Source: Squalus acanthias (lineage: Eukaryota). Taken from it: a stretch of DNA of 64,000 nucleotides. Both the position numbers and the translations under genes were made by a program. The stretch spans positions 118,360,001-118,424,000 of the forward strand of contig CM059432.1 in NCBI GenBank assembly GCA_030390025.1. Direction: 5' to 3'. How positions within the stretch are numbered: position 1 is the stretch's first letter; every line of letters begins with the position of its first letter. A model generated the notes under the pieces. That model searched no databases and had not been told where the DNA came from. It worked only from the letters and a program-made list of their open reading frames with translations. Below, piece after piece: positions 1-11,691 of the stretch.

Positions 1-864
1 ATGCTACCACTAGCCAAGTTGACACTTTTAACATGCATTAACTTTAAAACTTTGCATTCAATGTGGTTTAATGGGGTTTTAGCAGTTAAACCCAAAAACA
101 ATTCTACGCTTTTTTTAATATTTGTTCATGGAATGTGGGGCGTCGCTGGCAAGACCAGCATTTATTGCCCATCCCTAATTGCCCTTGAGAAGGTGGTGGT
201 GAGCTGCCTTCTTGAACTGCTGCAGTCTGTGAGGTGAAGGTACTCCCACAGTGCTGTTAGGGAAGGAGTTCCAGGATTTTGACCAAGCGACAATGAAGGA
301 ACAGCGATATATTTCAAAGTCAGGATGGTGTGTGACTTGGCGGGGAACTTGGAGGTGATGGTGTTCCCATGCGCTTGCTGCCCTTGTCCTTCTAGGTGGA
401 AGAGGTCGCGGGTTTGGTAGGTGCTGCCGAAGAAGCCTTGGCGAGTTGCAGCAGTGCATCTTATAGATGGTGCACACTGCAGCCACGGTACGCCGGTGGT
501 GGAGGGAGTGAATGTTTAAGGTGGTGGATGGAGTGCCAATCAAGTGGGCTGCTTTGTCCTGGATGGTGTTGAGCTTCTTGAGTGTTGTTTGAGCTGCACT
601 CATCCACGCAACTGGAGAGTATGCCATCACACTCCTTACTTGTGCCTTGTAGATGGTGGAAAGACTTTGGGGAGTTAGGAGGTGAGACACTCGCCGCAGA
701 ATACCCAGCCTCTGACCTGCTCTTGTAGACATAGTATTTATATGGCTGGTCAGTTAAGTTTCTGGTCAATGGTGACCCCCAGGATGTTGTTGGTGGGGGA
801 TTCAGCGATTGTAATGCAGTTGAATGTCAAGGGGCGCTGGTTAGACTCTCCCTAGTTGAATATA

Positions 865-1068
865 AGTGAGAAGTCACACAACACCAGGTTATAGTCCAAC
901 AGCTTTATTTGAAATCACAAGCTTTCGGAGCGCTGCTCCTTCGTCAGGTGACGAAGGAGCAGCGCTCCGAAAGCTTGTGATTTCAAATAAAGCTGTTGGA
1001 CTATAACCTGGTGTTGTGCGACTTCTCACTTTTGTCCACCCCAGTCCAACACCGGCATCTCCACATCA
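865..1068 (-). mobile_element. Penelope-like fold-back (inverted pseudo-LTR) insertion with 12-bp TSD
   Basis: Arms of ~83 bp (864-946 / 949-1031) around a GG loop, plus a ~37-nt unpaired tail. TAGTTGAATATA is duplicated at 853-864 and 1069-1080. Confidence 0.85.
915..951 (-). ncRNA. Minimal type I hammerhead ribozyme
   Basis: Minus strand reads TCAC-CTGACGA-AGGAGC-AGC-GCTCC-GAAA-GCTT-GTGA. It has the CUGANGA/GAAA core, stem II GGAGC/GCTCC, stem I TCAC/GTGA and a palindromic AGCT stem III. Confidence 0.85.
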
Positions 1069-1962
1069 TAGTTGAATATAGTCCTTGTCTGGCACGAATG
1101 TTACTTGCCACTTTTCAGCCCCAAGCCTGAATGCCGTTCAATATAATTAAACACCCTCCAGATGCATCTCAGTATTTAATTAGCCTTGTGGATAAGAACT
1201 TCACATTGACTAAATACTTTCAGTGAATAGTTCCTAATCACATTTGACACTTTTTCCTTTTCTACCTTATCTAATGGGCACCCCCTAACTGCAGTTCCCA
1301 TTTTTCTGTTCCAACGTACATAATATTATATTTATCCATATTAAAACCTACATTTGATTCCTTAGCCTTTACACCTAATTGGTCCAGATTCTTCTAAATG
1401 CTGCCACTCTCCATCATGTTTGTTATCTTGCCTTGTAGGTTGGTGGCAGCAGCTGAACTTTTAATATGACTGCAAGTAACCTGCTCTCAGAACAGAGATA
1501 AGGACATGTACTAACACAGATTTGCTTGGCCTGATTGCTGAGCTTCTTTAAGTTCAACAGCAGACCTCAGACATGCGTTGAGGACAGAGCAGTTCTTCAC
1601 AAGGCCTCAATTGTAATTCAATGTAAACATTTCTGTGAGATAATGTCCTAACAGAAATAAGTGTGAAAACTCAAAGCTTGGAAATGCATCTCCCTCCTCA
1701 CCTCCATTGTAATGTGATCTTTCAGCAGCTGTCACTGACGAAGCACAGCCACAAATCTATTAAATTGATTTTACCACAAGATAGGACATAAAGAGCTAGC
1801 CTGATGGGTCAGTGGGTAAATGTAATCTGTGCGATAGCGTGCTAAGACTTACATACAAGTGTCGATCCAAGATATGATGCGGAGATGCCGGTGTTGGACT
1901 GGGGTGGACAAAAATGAGAAGTCGCACAACACCAGGTTATAGTCCAACAGATTTATTTAAAA

Positions 1963-2000
1963 TTACAAGCTTTCGGAGGTGTCGCCCCTTCGTCAGGTAA
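1963..2000 (-). ncRNA. Minimal hammerhead ribozyme (left arm)
   Basis: Minus strand TTAC-CTGACGA-AGGGGC-GACA-CCTCC-GAAA-GCTT-GTAA, with one mismatch in stem II. Confidence 0.75.
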
Positions 2001-2450
2001 AGGTGCAATGAAGGAATCTACAATATTACACAGTATATAAACACAGAAACTGCAGAGATACAATCTTTCAGGGAAGCATTACTTCAAAGACACACCAGAG
2101 CACAGCCAAGACAATGAGATGGATCACAGGGGGGTCCAACGTGTCAAATCTTGCTGTCTGCAGTTGAGCTTTTAACTTTTTTTGGTTTGTTATTTTTTTG
2201 TGTTTTTTTTTAAAACTGGAAAGACAGACAACATTGTCTGTCTTTCCAGTTTTTAAAAAAAACACAAAAAAAAAAGTTAAAAGCTCAACTGCAGACAGCA
2301 GGATTTGACACGTTGGACCCCCTGTGATCCATCTCATTGTCTTGGCTGTGCTCTGGTGTGTCTTTGAAGTAATGCTTCCCTGAAAGATTGTATCTCTGCA
2401 GTTTCTGTGTTTATATACTGTGTAATATTGTAGATTCCTTCATTGCACCT

Positions 2451-2488
2451 TTACCTGACGAAGGGGCGACAGCTCCGAAAGCTTGTAA
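2451..2488 (+). ncRNA. Minimal hammerhead ribozyme (right arm)
   Basis: TTAC-CTGACGA-AGGGGC-GACA-GCTCC-GAAA-GCTT-GTAA. Stem I is TTAC/GTAA. Confidence 0.85.
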
Positions 2489-2621
2489 TTTTAAATAAAT
2501 CTGTTGGACTATAACCTGGTGTTGTGCGACTTCTCATTTTTGATCCAAGATATGACACCGGAGTTTGCTGATCTCAGTTAATTATTTCCAGTCCTCCCGT
2601 GCTAAGGAGAGGAAAATCGGT

Positions 2622-2795
2622 AAGACAAGAAAAGAAAATGCTGGAAACAGCCAGAAGGTCAGTCTGAGAACCGATAAAACAACATTTCAGATGAAGACCC
2701 TTCAGCCGAACTCTGACAAAAGCTCCACACTTGAGTGTTTTTCTGGTGCTTACTGTTTTACTCTTCAGATTCCTGAAGCTTTTTGCTTTTTGTTT
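2622..2795. mobile_element. Old, degenerate Penelope-like fold-back remnant
   Basis: AGAAAATGCTGGAAA...TTTCAG...TTCAGATTCC...TTTTGCTTTT resembles both arms of the 10051-10248 element and the 45733 element end. Confidence 0.45.
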
Positions 2796-3607
2796 AAAAT
2801 TGGTAAGAAATTCCTTTTATGGTCAGTAGCGAATAGCTACTGGAAATACATATGTTAGATAAGGATGGGATTGGGCTCGTCTGTGATGCTCTGCACAGTC
2901 AAATAGCCCACTCACTCACACATCAGGAAAAAAAAAACACTTCGGCAAGGCTGCTGCTGCTGCTGGAGTCCCCAGCTTGAGGAAAGATAAGAAAGCAGCT
3001 GCAGAAAGCAAATGAATGAAACAGCTGGCTTGTCTGAACTGAGCCAGGAAACTGCTCCCCAAATGGCTGCACTAAAGCATGGCTGAACAGTCAGAGGAGA
3101 GGAGCAGACTTCTCAAATGCCAGGTGAAACAATAAAAATTACAGGAAGCCATGAAAAGGAATGACAGGCAGATGGACTAGAATTTAATACTGGTAAGTCA
3201 AAGTTACTGAAAACACTAGCAAGTGATGAACAAAGCTGTGGTCTGGTATGGGAGCAATCTATGAAAGCAGGCCTTGAGAAGAGTGGCAATGAAAGAGATC
3301 CGGAATTTTTCCTGACAGTGATTTCTGGCAGCAAATTAAAGGACATGAGAAAAGGCATAAAGAGTTTACTGTGGTACTGAGGAATGAGAGGTTGTCTACC
3401 AGTATTGGGTGTTTGAGAATTTTTGTGATGCGTGTAATGTAATTTTCTGTGTAGCTTGTTGTGGCTGCTCCTGGTTGTGTAAATCACCTTCGGAAAAAGG
3501 CAAGCCATTTTCAAAGGGAAATGTATTGGCTTTCTCTCCTGAGAAGGCAAAGAATTAGAATTGTTTCATGCAACATCTGCAAACCATGTATGTACATTGA
3601 TGACGAT

Positions 3608-4453
3608 GGGCTGGATTTTCCAAGCCCCGAGGAGGCGGGCATGAAGGCGGGACAGCCGGTAAATTCGGAGAAAGTGGGGGCGGATGGCAAAGCCGCCCCC
3701 ATCCCGCCTCCATGCCCTTTTGCCAGGAGGCGGGAGGATGTGCAGCTTCGGGTCCCATCTCCTGGAGGCGGGAAAGGCATTTAATCCTTTTAACTGCCTG
3801 TTAACAGGTAGTTAACAGGCAGAAAAAAGGATTAGTGCCATTTTACCTTCACAGGTGAAGGCTTCCCGACCTCGGAGAACCCACCGGGTTGGAGGAGACA
3901 TGGAGGAGGTCTGCGGCGGTTGGAGGCACCTGGAAGTAAGGTGTAGAGGTGAATGATGGGTGCATGTGTGGAGTGGTAAGTACGCAAGGTGAGTGATAAG
4001 TTTTTTAAAATGTTCACTGACCTTGTTTTCTTCCTACAGCCTTCAGCCGCGTTGGATCGGGAGAGCCAACATCCTCCTTGTCGATTTCAGAGACTGGCTG
4101 TTGGAACCTCCATACCAACAGCCATGTGAAATCAACAATGTTGAAAGGTTTGATGAGTCCTGAACACAAGGCCTCATCAAACTAAAGAGAATGTCAGTGT
4201 TTGACAGCTTCACAGAGCTGTCAAACGCTGACATTTCTTCTTTCAAGAAGTCTTGACAGATAGCACGTCTGACATTGACTGTGCTCTGTCAGTGACTTCC
4301 TCCCTAATTGGCCTGCTGAGCCCGCAGGGTGGGCTTAATAAGCTCAATCAGGGGAAAATCCCTCTGGTTGGTCAGGCGAGGATGGAGGCAGGACATTGAC
4401 ATGATAAGCAGCAGTCCCGCCTCCAACTCGTCTCCATTCGCAAAATCTAGCCC
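3608..4453. mobile_element. Harbinger-type MITE
   Basis: TIRs GGGCTGGATTTT (3608-3619) and AAAATCTAGCCC (4442-4453). The 3-bp TSD GAT is on both sides. Subterminal regions are rich in GGCGGG. Confidence 0.8.
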
Positions 4454-5489
4454 GATCTGTCTCATGGGGCTCGATTTTAATAGCCATGAGGAGATGGGTT
4501 TAGAGGCGGGTCTGTAGCGAAAATCAGAAAAAATGGCTTCAGACACCCAACCCGCCTCCATCCCGCCCCCGCCCGATTTTCATTAGTGTCCGTTCAGCCG
4601 CTCCCAAAACTGACCCGACTGAAACCCGTGGGACAGGTAGTTAAGGCAGTAAAGGGCCTATTAACTGCCTTGCTAATCCTACTTTGATAGTGGTTTCCCA
4701 TTATTGTGCTTCTGGCTCCTGTTTCCTGTCTTGTCAGAAACAGGCCAGCTTCAAGGAGACGAGTTGCTGGAGGACATGATTCGTATTCATTGGTGGAGCA
4801 CTTTAAAAGCGCCCCTGAAACATGGCTGACATTCAAATGCAACAACTTTGCTGTTGTAGGTATGGGATAAGATTTTGCACATCTACTGACCTTCTGACTG
4901 TTGAAGCTGACACCCATCTGCAGTGTGACCTGAATGGAATAATTTCAGGCCACTTCCACTGTGCGCTTGTAAGCTTCTTGCCTCAAATGAAATCTGTAGC
5001 AAGGGGATGGGAAAAATGTATGTCCTCTCATCCTGGTCCTCGTAATCGGAGGAGCAGCAGCCGCGTGGCTCAGCGCAGATCTTCCTGGGAAGAGGAGGAG
5101 GAGGAAGACGAGGGGTGGCTTGCATGCCCTGTTGTGACCAATGCAGCATCCCTCCAGTTCACTGCTGCCCGTCAAGCAGGGTATACACACTGCCATGCTA
5201 CAGTCGCATAAGCTTACTCTTCAACCATAGGTAGCTACCATATGGCTCTGTAATTGCAGGCGACATTTGTCCAACGTCATACATCATCTCTGCTATATCC
5301 AGTTATTTCTTATCACTTTCACCATCAGCATTACAAAAGCAAGTCGCCCTGAGCCCTCAATGCACTTTTGCCATTTCCCAGAACACAATCAACTGTTTGC
5401 CATAATTTTTCTTTTACACATGACAAAAGGATCATAAACCAAGAACAGTCAGAAAAAAAGACAAAACACCCACGTAAGTCCCCTTGTGA

Positions 5490-7457
5490 CTATATGTGCT
5501 TAATCTTTCTCTTATGCATGCTTCTACGTGGTGCTTCCCCTGCGGCTTCAGCAGATGTAGCCCCACCTTGCTGACTAGGATGCTGCACCTGCTTTGACGC
5601 CTTTGGTGGCTGTCCTCTGGGTTTGGGAGCCTGGGAGGGCTCTTCAACAGTCTGCTCCTCCTGCGGCTGTGTAGGGGCTGAAGTGGCCATCTTAGTTGTC
5701 TCTGCAAAGTGGGTCTCTGACAGAGGGCACCGCAGTGGCATGGTTGTGTGAGCACTTTGAGAGGAGCCCACACTTCCTTGTGTCCTGCCAATAACATCCG
5801 TCTCATGGGTCAGCCGCACCTCAGTGTTGGCAAGTGGATGGAGATCACCTTGCTGCACTTCAGGGGGACCATGAGGACCCGTATCTGCACTGGCAGTCCT
5901 CATCACAAGGACGTCCATGAAGCTCTGGTCTCTCTGCTCAATAGTTGCCCATCGCTCCTCCAGAGATGACATTCTATTTTGAACAGTCACCATGTTCTCC
6001 TGACTCTGCCGACTTATTTCCTCCATGGCGGTAGCCATCCTTTCCACGGAGGTAGCCATCCTTTCCACGGAGGTTGCCATCCTTTCCATGGTGGTGCGTT
6101 CATGTGCCATTGCCTCCACCACGGCAGTGCTAATGTTAGAGATGGACTCCTCCATTCTCTCCACACTCGCACTAACTCGAAGGTCCTGTGGGAGAGTAAA
6201 GGCATGATTTAGACATCTGATATTGATGGAGGCAAACCCTTCCAGAGACACCTGCACTTGTTCCTGTATTTCCCGAGATGCTCTTTTTCTGGATGGCCCC
6301 AGAGACACAGTGTCTGCATGCAGCTCAGCAGAGCTAGGAGACTGCTGCAACCTCCACAGAGGACTCTCCACTGCTGTCGCTTTCTCCACCATCTGCTGCT
6401 GCTCACTTGTGCGCTTTGATAGACCAGGTAGCAACACCGCTCTAACTTGCGAGGGCCCCACCAAGGTGTGCATTGCTGCGCTGGTGCTGGGTGCGCTGAG
6501 TCCTGGTGATGCTGCTCCCTCAGAGGCTTCAGGTTTCTGAGGAGTTGTCCAGCTCTTTGTACTGGATCGTGGGGAGGAGGGCGCACGATGGTCCTGTGGG
6601 AGAGAAAAGACATGACTTAGACATCTGATATTGATGTAGCAGACACATCCTTTTGAGCAGATGATACAATGCGATTCTCTATGAACATCATATGCCATTG
6701 CAGTCAATCTCTAAATGTCAATGAGAGGGATAAAACTCTATTATGTCACCAGCTGCCTCTCGTGTGCCTGTCTCTCCATCGCCCACTTCCAGGTCCTCAG
6801 TACCTCCAACAATTTTGTATGCAACTCCTCAGCACTTGTCAATGTTGTTAGGTTAGGTGTACCTCCTCCAGTCAATGCTCTCTCCCTCTTATTGTGGGCT
6901 ATCTTTTCCTGCAAGGAGGGACACAAGCGGAGTTTCAGCCACAGTGATGGAGTGAGTTTGAAGAATCCCTACCATAGAAGCTTTGAGGGAGACGAAGATG
7001 GGGTAAGGTGCCAAGAGAAAGCTAGCTCCCTGTGCATTGTTAGTTGTTGTCACTGCGTGACAGTGAGAGCGAGTTTAAGGGGTGCATAGGCAGGATGCTA
7101 AAGTTATTCATTGCAGAGAGAGAGATGGATAGGTAAGGGTGCAAGGGAAGTAAGGGTAAGGTGGTATGTGGAGGAGCAGGCTTACAACACAGAGTGCTGG
7201 TGACGAGAAGAGAAGGGAAGCAGATTGAAGGTAAATGTGATCTGATACTCACTTTTGATGTTCGCACAAGATCATTAAACCTTTTTCGGCACTGGATCCA
7301 GGAGCGTGAACAAATGGACCTTGTGCTCACCTCCTTGGCAATGCACAGCCAGACTGCCTTGGTCTGCTGAGGAGGCTTCCTCCGGCTATCAGGAGAGAAG
7401 AGCATGGAGGGACTCATCATTAAATCGAGGAGCTGCCTTGCCTCTGGAAGAAGTCAT
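5490..7457 (-). pseudogene. Harbinger Myb/SANT-like DNA-binding gene, 3 exons (7457-7253, 6908-6750, 6593-5490), disrupted
   Basis: APRFNDESL...W..IAKEV...RSWIQCRKRFNDL trihelix motif and KIAHNKRERALTGGG exon. GT-AG junctions are at the same positions as in the 33911-35789 copy. Has an exon 1 deletion and frameshifts. Confidence 0.8.
6020..6092 (-). repeat. 21-bp coding tandem repeat (ERMATSV/A heptads)
   Basis: GCCATCCTTTCCACGGAGGTW repeated about 3.5 times, translating as MERMATSVERMATSVERMATAME. Confidence 0.85.
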
Positions 7458-8134
7458 TGTGGATAGATCAATCTCACTGAGTATCAGAATGCAGAAGAGA
7501 AAGGCTTAGGCTGGATGACAGCTTTAAAACCAACTGCTATGATGACGTCATCAGAGTCGGCCAGCCGACCTGATCGCACTCATTGGACCGGCCTTTGCAC
7601 CTCATTGAAGTCAACAAGCTCATTAAATCAAAATCGGACATCAGCAGCTGATCCCGCCGGAAGCGGCTCCGGAACCCGCCCACCACGCAACCCGACTCCA
7701 ACCCACCTCGGAAATAAAAATCGAGCCCAAGGATTTCATTTGTGAGGGTGCAAAGGTTTAAAGTAAGTAGGGTTTTGGAAAAAAACAAATGTTAAAATAT
7801 AAGAACTAGAGGAGTGTAAAACAGTTGGGAAAAGAGAAATTGTTTTCATGAGGAGACTACTCTGCTTTTTATAACCCATATAGCTGTGAAGAAATGCCAA
7901 GGAACTATAGAGTTAAGTAGCCCATTATCAGGATACACAGACAAACAGAAGTTTTGTAGTCCTCAATGAAGCTGTAAAATACCAATTGGAGATCCATTAT
8001 TGGTAAAACCATGATGAGTGAAAGCTGACTAATTCTATCTCACTCCCTGCCTTGCCATGGCTATGGAAGAGTATAGCATCTTTGCAAGACCTACCCTCAT
8101 ACAGTCTGATTGTCAACTTGCAGGGGAGTCTACA

Positions 8135-9172
8135 GAGCCAATTTTCTCTGGATTTGTTAGGCGTTAAAGAGCCTCCGAGGTGGCCAAAATGGGGTCTTAA
8201 GCTGAAACGCCAGTTTAGCCTGCATTTCGTGCAAGACGCCATCTTGGTAAAGTAATTGTAGCGCGCACTAGGAACGGCTGCTCGGAGGCTCATTAAGGGG
8301 CTGATTGCCACTTAAATTGCCTGTTAGCACTCATTAAGGAGGCTGCACAGCAATTTGATGGATATTGCTTGACCTAACGCCCTCTCCAAACAGCAACCAG
8401 CTGATTGTGAGTAAACTAGTCATTGCAGATGATTTTGAGAGCTACTTAAAGGTATATCATCTTTTACTGCTCACTTGTTGCTAGAGGTTTGAAGAGGACT
8501 TTTGAAACACATCAGGAGACTTTCTGGGACACTTTGTCAAGACTTAACCAACACTCTATCAACATTTGTTCTGGAAATTCTCTGAGAACTTCACCTAAAA
8601 AGAGTGAGTGCTGTGCTACTCCACCTTATTGGACACCTTATAGGAATCACCATGAGAAAGGGAGAGCTTGGTCATGGGGATCTTGCTAGGGGCCCCCCTT
8701 GGTCTGCAGGAGGACTGGGAGGAGGAGATGAGGCCAGGCAGAGCAGCACCAGCTGCTGCAGGAGAGGGAAACAGGAAGGTGAGGTGGAATCCTTCCCACC
8801 TATGGGTACAGGACATCCCTCCTCCTCAGGAACTCCTCCGCCAGTGCCGTGTCCGAGAACCTGTGCACACTCTCCCTCATTCCCTGAGCCATCCTGAAAC
8901 ATCCTGCAGTGTGTCAGCCAGAGCACTCCACACCTTCTGCGGAAGTGGATGAGTGGAGCCTACAAATACTGCTCTGCGAAAATTACATCTAATCAGCACT
9001 TGAGTGCTAAACTTGAGGGTGTCTGTTTTAGCACCTCCAGGCAAGTTCAAATGATCATAATCAGCAATTAGGACCAAAATTGCGTGTTAAAACCAGACTT
9101 TCAAACAGGCGACTCTTATTAGCACAACACACATTTAGTGCCTGTTTTCACCCTTTCACCAAAATAACCCCC
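8135..9172. mobile_element. Probable degenerate Harbinger-type non-autonomous element
   Basis: Degenerate ends GAGCCAATTTT / AAAATAACCCCC. Internal MGILLGAPLGLQEDWEEE resembles the acidic transposase N-termini seen elsewhere in the window. Confidence 0.4.
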
Positions 9173-9784
9173 TACATATTTTAAATGGACTAGGATTTAT
9201 GCAAATGAGATCAACACTTTACCCAAACTTGGTAATGAAAAGAGAGTCAGGATCTCATCTGATAATGTCAAGCTACGAGGTCCAAAAAATCCTCAGTATA
9301 CATCTGAGGAATATTTTCAAACTTTATTTTTTTGTTATTTGCTCTCAGTATGTGGACATTTGCAAGGCTACATTTATTACCTATTCCTAGTTGTCCTGAC
9401 AACTGAGTACCTTATTAAACTACCTCAGAGGGCATTAAGAGTCAATGACCTAGTGTGGGGACTGGATTCATGTGTAGTTCAGACTGGATAGGTGTGGCAG
9501 GCTCCCTTCCTCAGCGGACATTAATGAACCAAATGGATTGTTACAACAATCTGGCAGTTTTCATCGCACTTTTTACCTTTTTGCCTGACCATAAATTATA
9601 CAGATTTATTAAATTGCATTGCACAACTTTACATGGTAAAATTTGAATGCCTAACTTTTGGGTTTCTAGTCTAGTATTATAACCACTGAACTAGTGTGCC
9701 CACTGAGACTTATAGGGCAATTCAAAACACACGCATAAAAAAAAGAGAGCAGTGTAAATGGGATAGAAATAAAATAAGGCCTTA

Positions 9785-10040
9785 GTGAAGGTCAGCATTC
9801 AGGCAGCTGTATTGAACAAGTTGGAGTTTACGGAGAGTGGAGCTGGGAGGCCAACAAGGAGGACATTGGAAAAAAATGAGTTTAAAGATTACAAAAGCAT
9901 GCATAAAGGTTTTAACAGCAGTGGAGTGAGATGGGTTGGAGGTGAGCATTGTTGCAGCAGTGGAAATAAGTGATGGATAGGTGTGAGGCAGAATTCTTAG
10001 AAATGGACAACTCCAGATTCTCAATAATAGGTCAAACAAC
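9785..10040 (-). mobile_element. Old L2-like LINE fragment
   Basis: KTFMHAFVIFKL...PSSTLRKLQLVQ resembles an L2 RT C-terminal motif. Confidence 0.5.
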
Positions 10041-10050
10041 AATTCTAAAG

Positions 10051-10248
10051 TAATAGCAAAATACTGCAGATGCTGGAAATCTGAAACAACAACAGAAAAT
10101 GCTGGAAGCAGTCAGCAGGCCAGGCAGCATCGTGGAGAGAGAAACAGAGTTAACGTTTCAGGTCTGTGACCTGAAACGTTAACTCTGTTTCTCGCTCCAC
10201 GGATGCTGTCTGGCCTGCTGAGTGCTTCCAGCATTTTCTATTGTTAAA
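10051..10248. mobile_element. Penelope-like fold-back insertion (second family)
   Basis: Inverted arms centred on CAGGTC-TGT-GACCTG. The sequence matches the pseudo-LTR at 45733-45802/46542-46610. Degenerate TSD AATTCTAAAG / AATTGTAAAG. Confidence 0.8.
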
Positions 10249-11112
10249 AATTGTAAAGCTTTTGCTCGGACTCGGCTTCGGGTATAATTCTGAAAGTTAG
10301 TACGGAGCTTATGGTCTGAAACCCTTAACTCTTAAAATACCCAAACATGCTTATCCTTCTGGATGGTGGTGTGTGTGTAGTGGGAACCATCAATGAGTAT
10401 GTTCATCAGTAGCACCCTTACAGTTTCTGAAACATTTTCCGCATCAAACACCTATGACATTGCTAGGTCATTCTACAGACTGAGGGCTTTCAATTGCTGA
10501 AAAACTTGCCTTTAAAGTTTTTATTTAATTAAAAAAAACTATGGTAGTGGGAGGAGGGAGGCAGAAGTTTTTAGTGAAAGCCTTTAAACTTAAAAAGGGG
10601 AAAAAGTTAGAATCGGTACAATAAAGTAAACTGGATAAAAGAGTAACATTTAAAAAAAAATAAAAGGATGAGAAAATAAAAGGGAAAAATTGAAGATGAT
10701 CCAAGCACGAGTGAAATGTTTTAAGATGAACATTTTTATGTAGAATTTTGTTTTAAGTGTGTATTTTATTAGTTTATATTTAGGGTTAGTGTTATAATAA
10801 TGAAGTTGTTTCTGATTTTTAAGTAGATTTAACTGTACTTGCTTAATTGCAGTTTAGCAGTCGTTTAGATATAGTGAGGATGTAATATATATATATATAT
10901 ATGGTATACAGACACACATACTCATATGCACTCACACACTGTGTACCTTGATCCTGGAGTTGTCAGCCTTCCTGGGTCAGCTGGAGCAGGATTGGACTTC
11001 AAACAGTTCTAGATCTTAACTGATCTGCTCTCAGCAATTACAGCTTCCTTTCATGATTGGTAAAAGTCTTAAATCCTCACAGGACTCAAAACACAGTTCA
11101 GTTTGAACCAAG

Positions 11113-11691
11113 GGGAATGATTTTCAACTTCCACCCAAAATGGGCACGAAGTCAGCAAAGTGGTTGTGTTGCCCGCCTGAAGCTGGTATCAGAAGTCCCG
11201 AACCATTTTCAGGTTCGAGCCTCAATTGAATGCAAATGTGAGGTGAGGTGCGGATGCCAAGTGGGCACTCTGCTGCAGCTCGCTGGTTGTACGAGGGGAG
11301 GAAATTGGCTGGCTCCTACGGATCGCGCCTGTGTGTGGGGAGTCAATCCTGGAGGGGTGGCAAGCACAGGCCAGCAGCAGACCACGGTATTTTTGTGAAG
11401 CGAGGAAGAGCACACATGCTTACCACCTGGTACAAATGGGCACATGCTCCACCCATTTGCCCTTTAAAATCGCAGTTGGGGGCCCTACAATGGCGTAGCA
11501 TTTTTATTTGCATATTTAAACCACCTCCTCCATGAAACAGGTTCACTCATTTAGGTCAGGTGGACAGACCTTGGGCAACCAAAGGACAGCCAAGGTTTTC
11601 CCCCTCCCCCACCCCCCGCCCCTCAATTTTCTTGCCTGGCTGCCCATTTTTCAGGTGAGAAAGGGGCAGGCACCAGTTGAAAATCACCCCC
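11113..11691. mobile_element. Harbinger-type MITE
   Basis: TIRs GGGAATGATTTTCAACT / AGTTGAAAATCACCCCC. Confidence 0.65.

Larger units (their letters stand above)
110..1135 (-). mobile_element. 3' fragment of CR1/L2-group LINE (family B), interrupted by a Penelope fold-back at 865-1068
   Basis: ORF 175..732 is the RT C-terminus (RAGQRLGILRRVSHLL...HHHLLKGN) and matches copies at 37090 and 55370. The same 3' tail (TAGGGATGGGCAATAAATGCTGG...CCATGAA + A-run) is present. Confidence 0.9.
1878..2541. mobile_element. Penelope-like fold-back element: ~630-bp palindrome plus tail, 14-bp TSD
   Basis: Arms ~1907-2231 and 2234-2541 are reverse complements with a 2-nt loop. GATCCAAGATATGA is duplicated at 1864-1877 and 2542-2555. 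The tail at 1878-1906 matches that of the 865-1068 element. Confidence 0.9.
4467..7728. mobile_element. Non-autonomous PIF/Harbinger transposon (Myb gene retained, transposase largely deleted)
   Basis: Perfect TIRs GGGCTCGATTTT (4467-4478) and AAAATCGAGCCC (7717-7728). Flanks are ATG/AAG. A Myb/SANT gene lies on the minus strand, with only a short acidic transposase-like remnant near 5007-5210 (+). Confidence 0.8.

Noticed and set aside
2068..2337. ORF across the palindrome centre
   Set aside because: Low-complexity translation of poly-T/poly-A arms with no recognisable domain.
1795..2910. tRNA-derived SINE acting as the target of the palindrome
   Set aside because: It has a weak resemblance to SINE box motifs but is too degenerate to delimit or name.
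3000..3550. Possible host exon (GGTAAGT donor near 3192)
   Set aside because: The context resembles an eroded CR1 WQMEFN.K motif. No acceptor or open frame could be supported.
5490..6707. 405-aa ORF as a stand-alone host gene
   Set aside because: It starts inside an intron of the Harbinger Myb gene, lies between TIRs, and is exon 3 read through.
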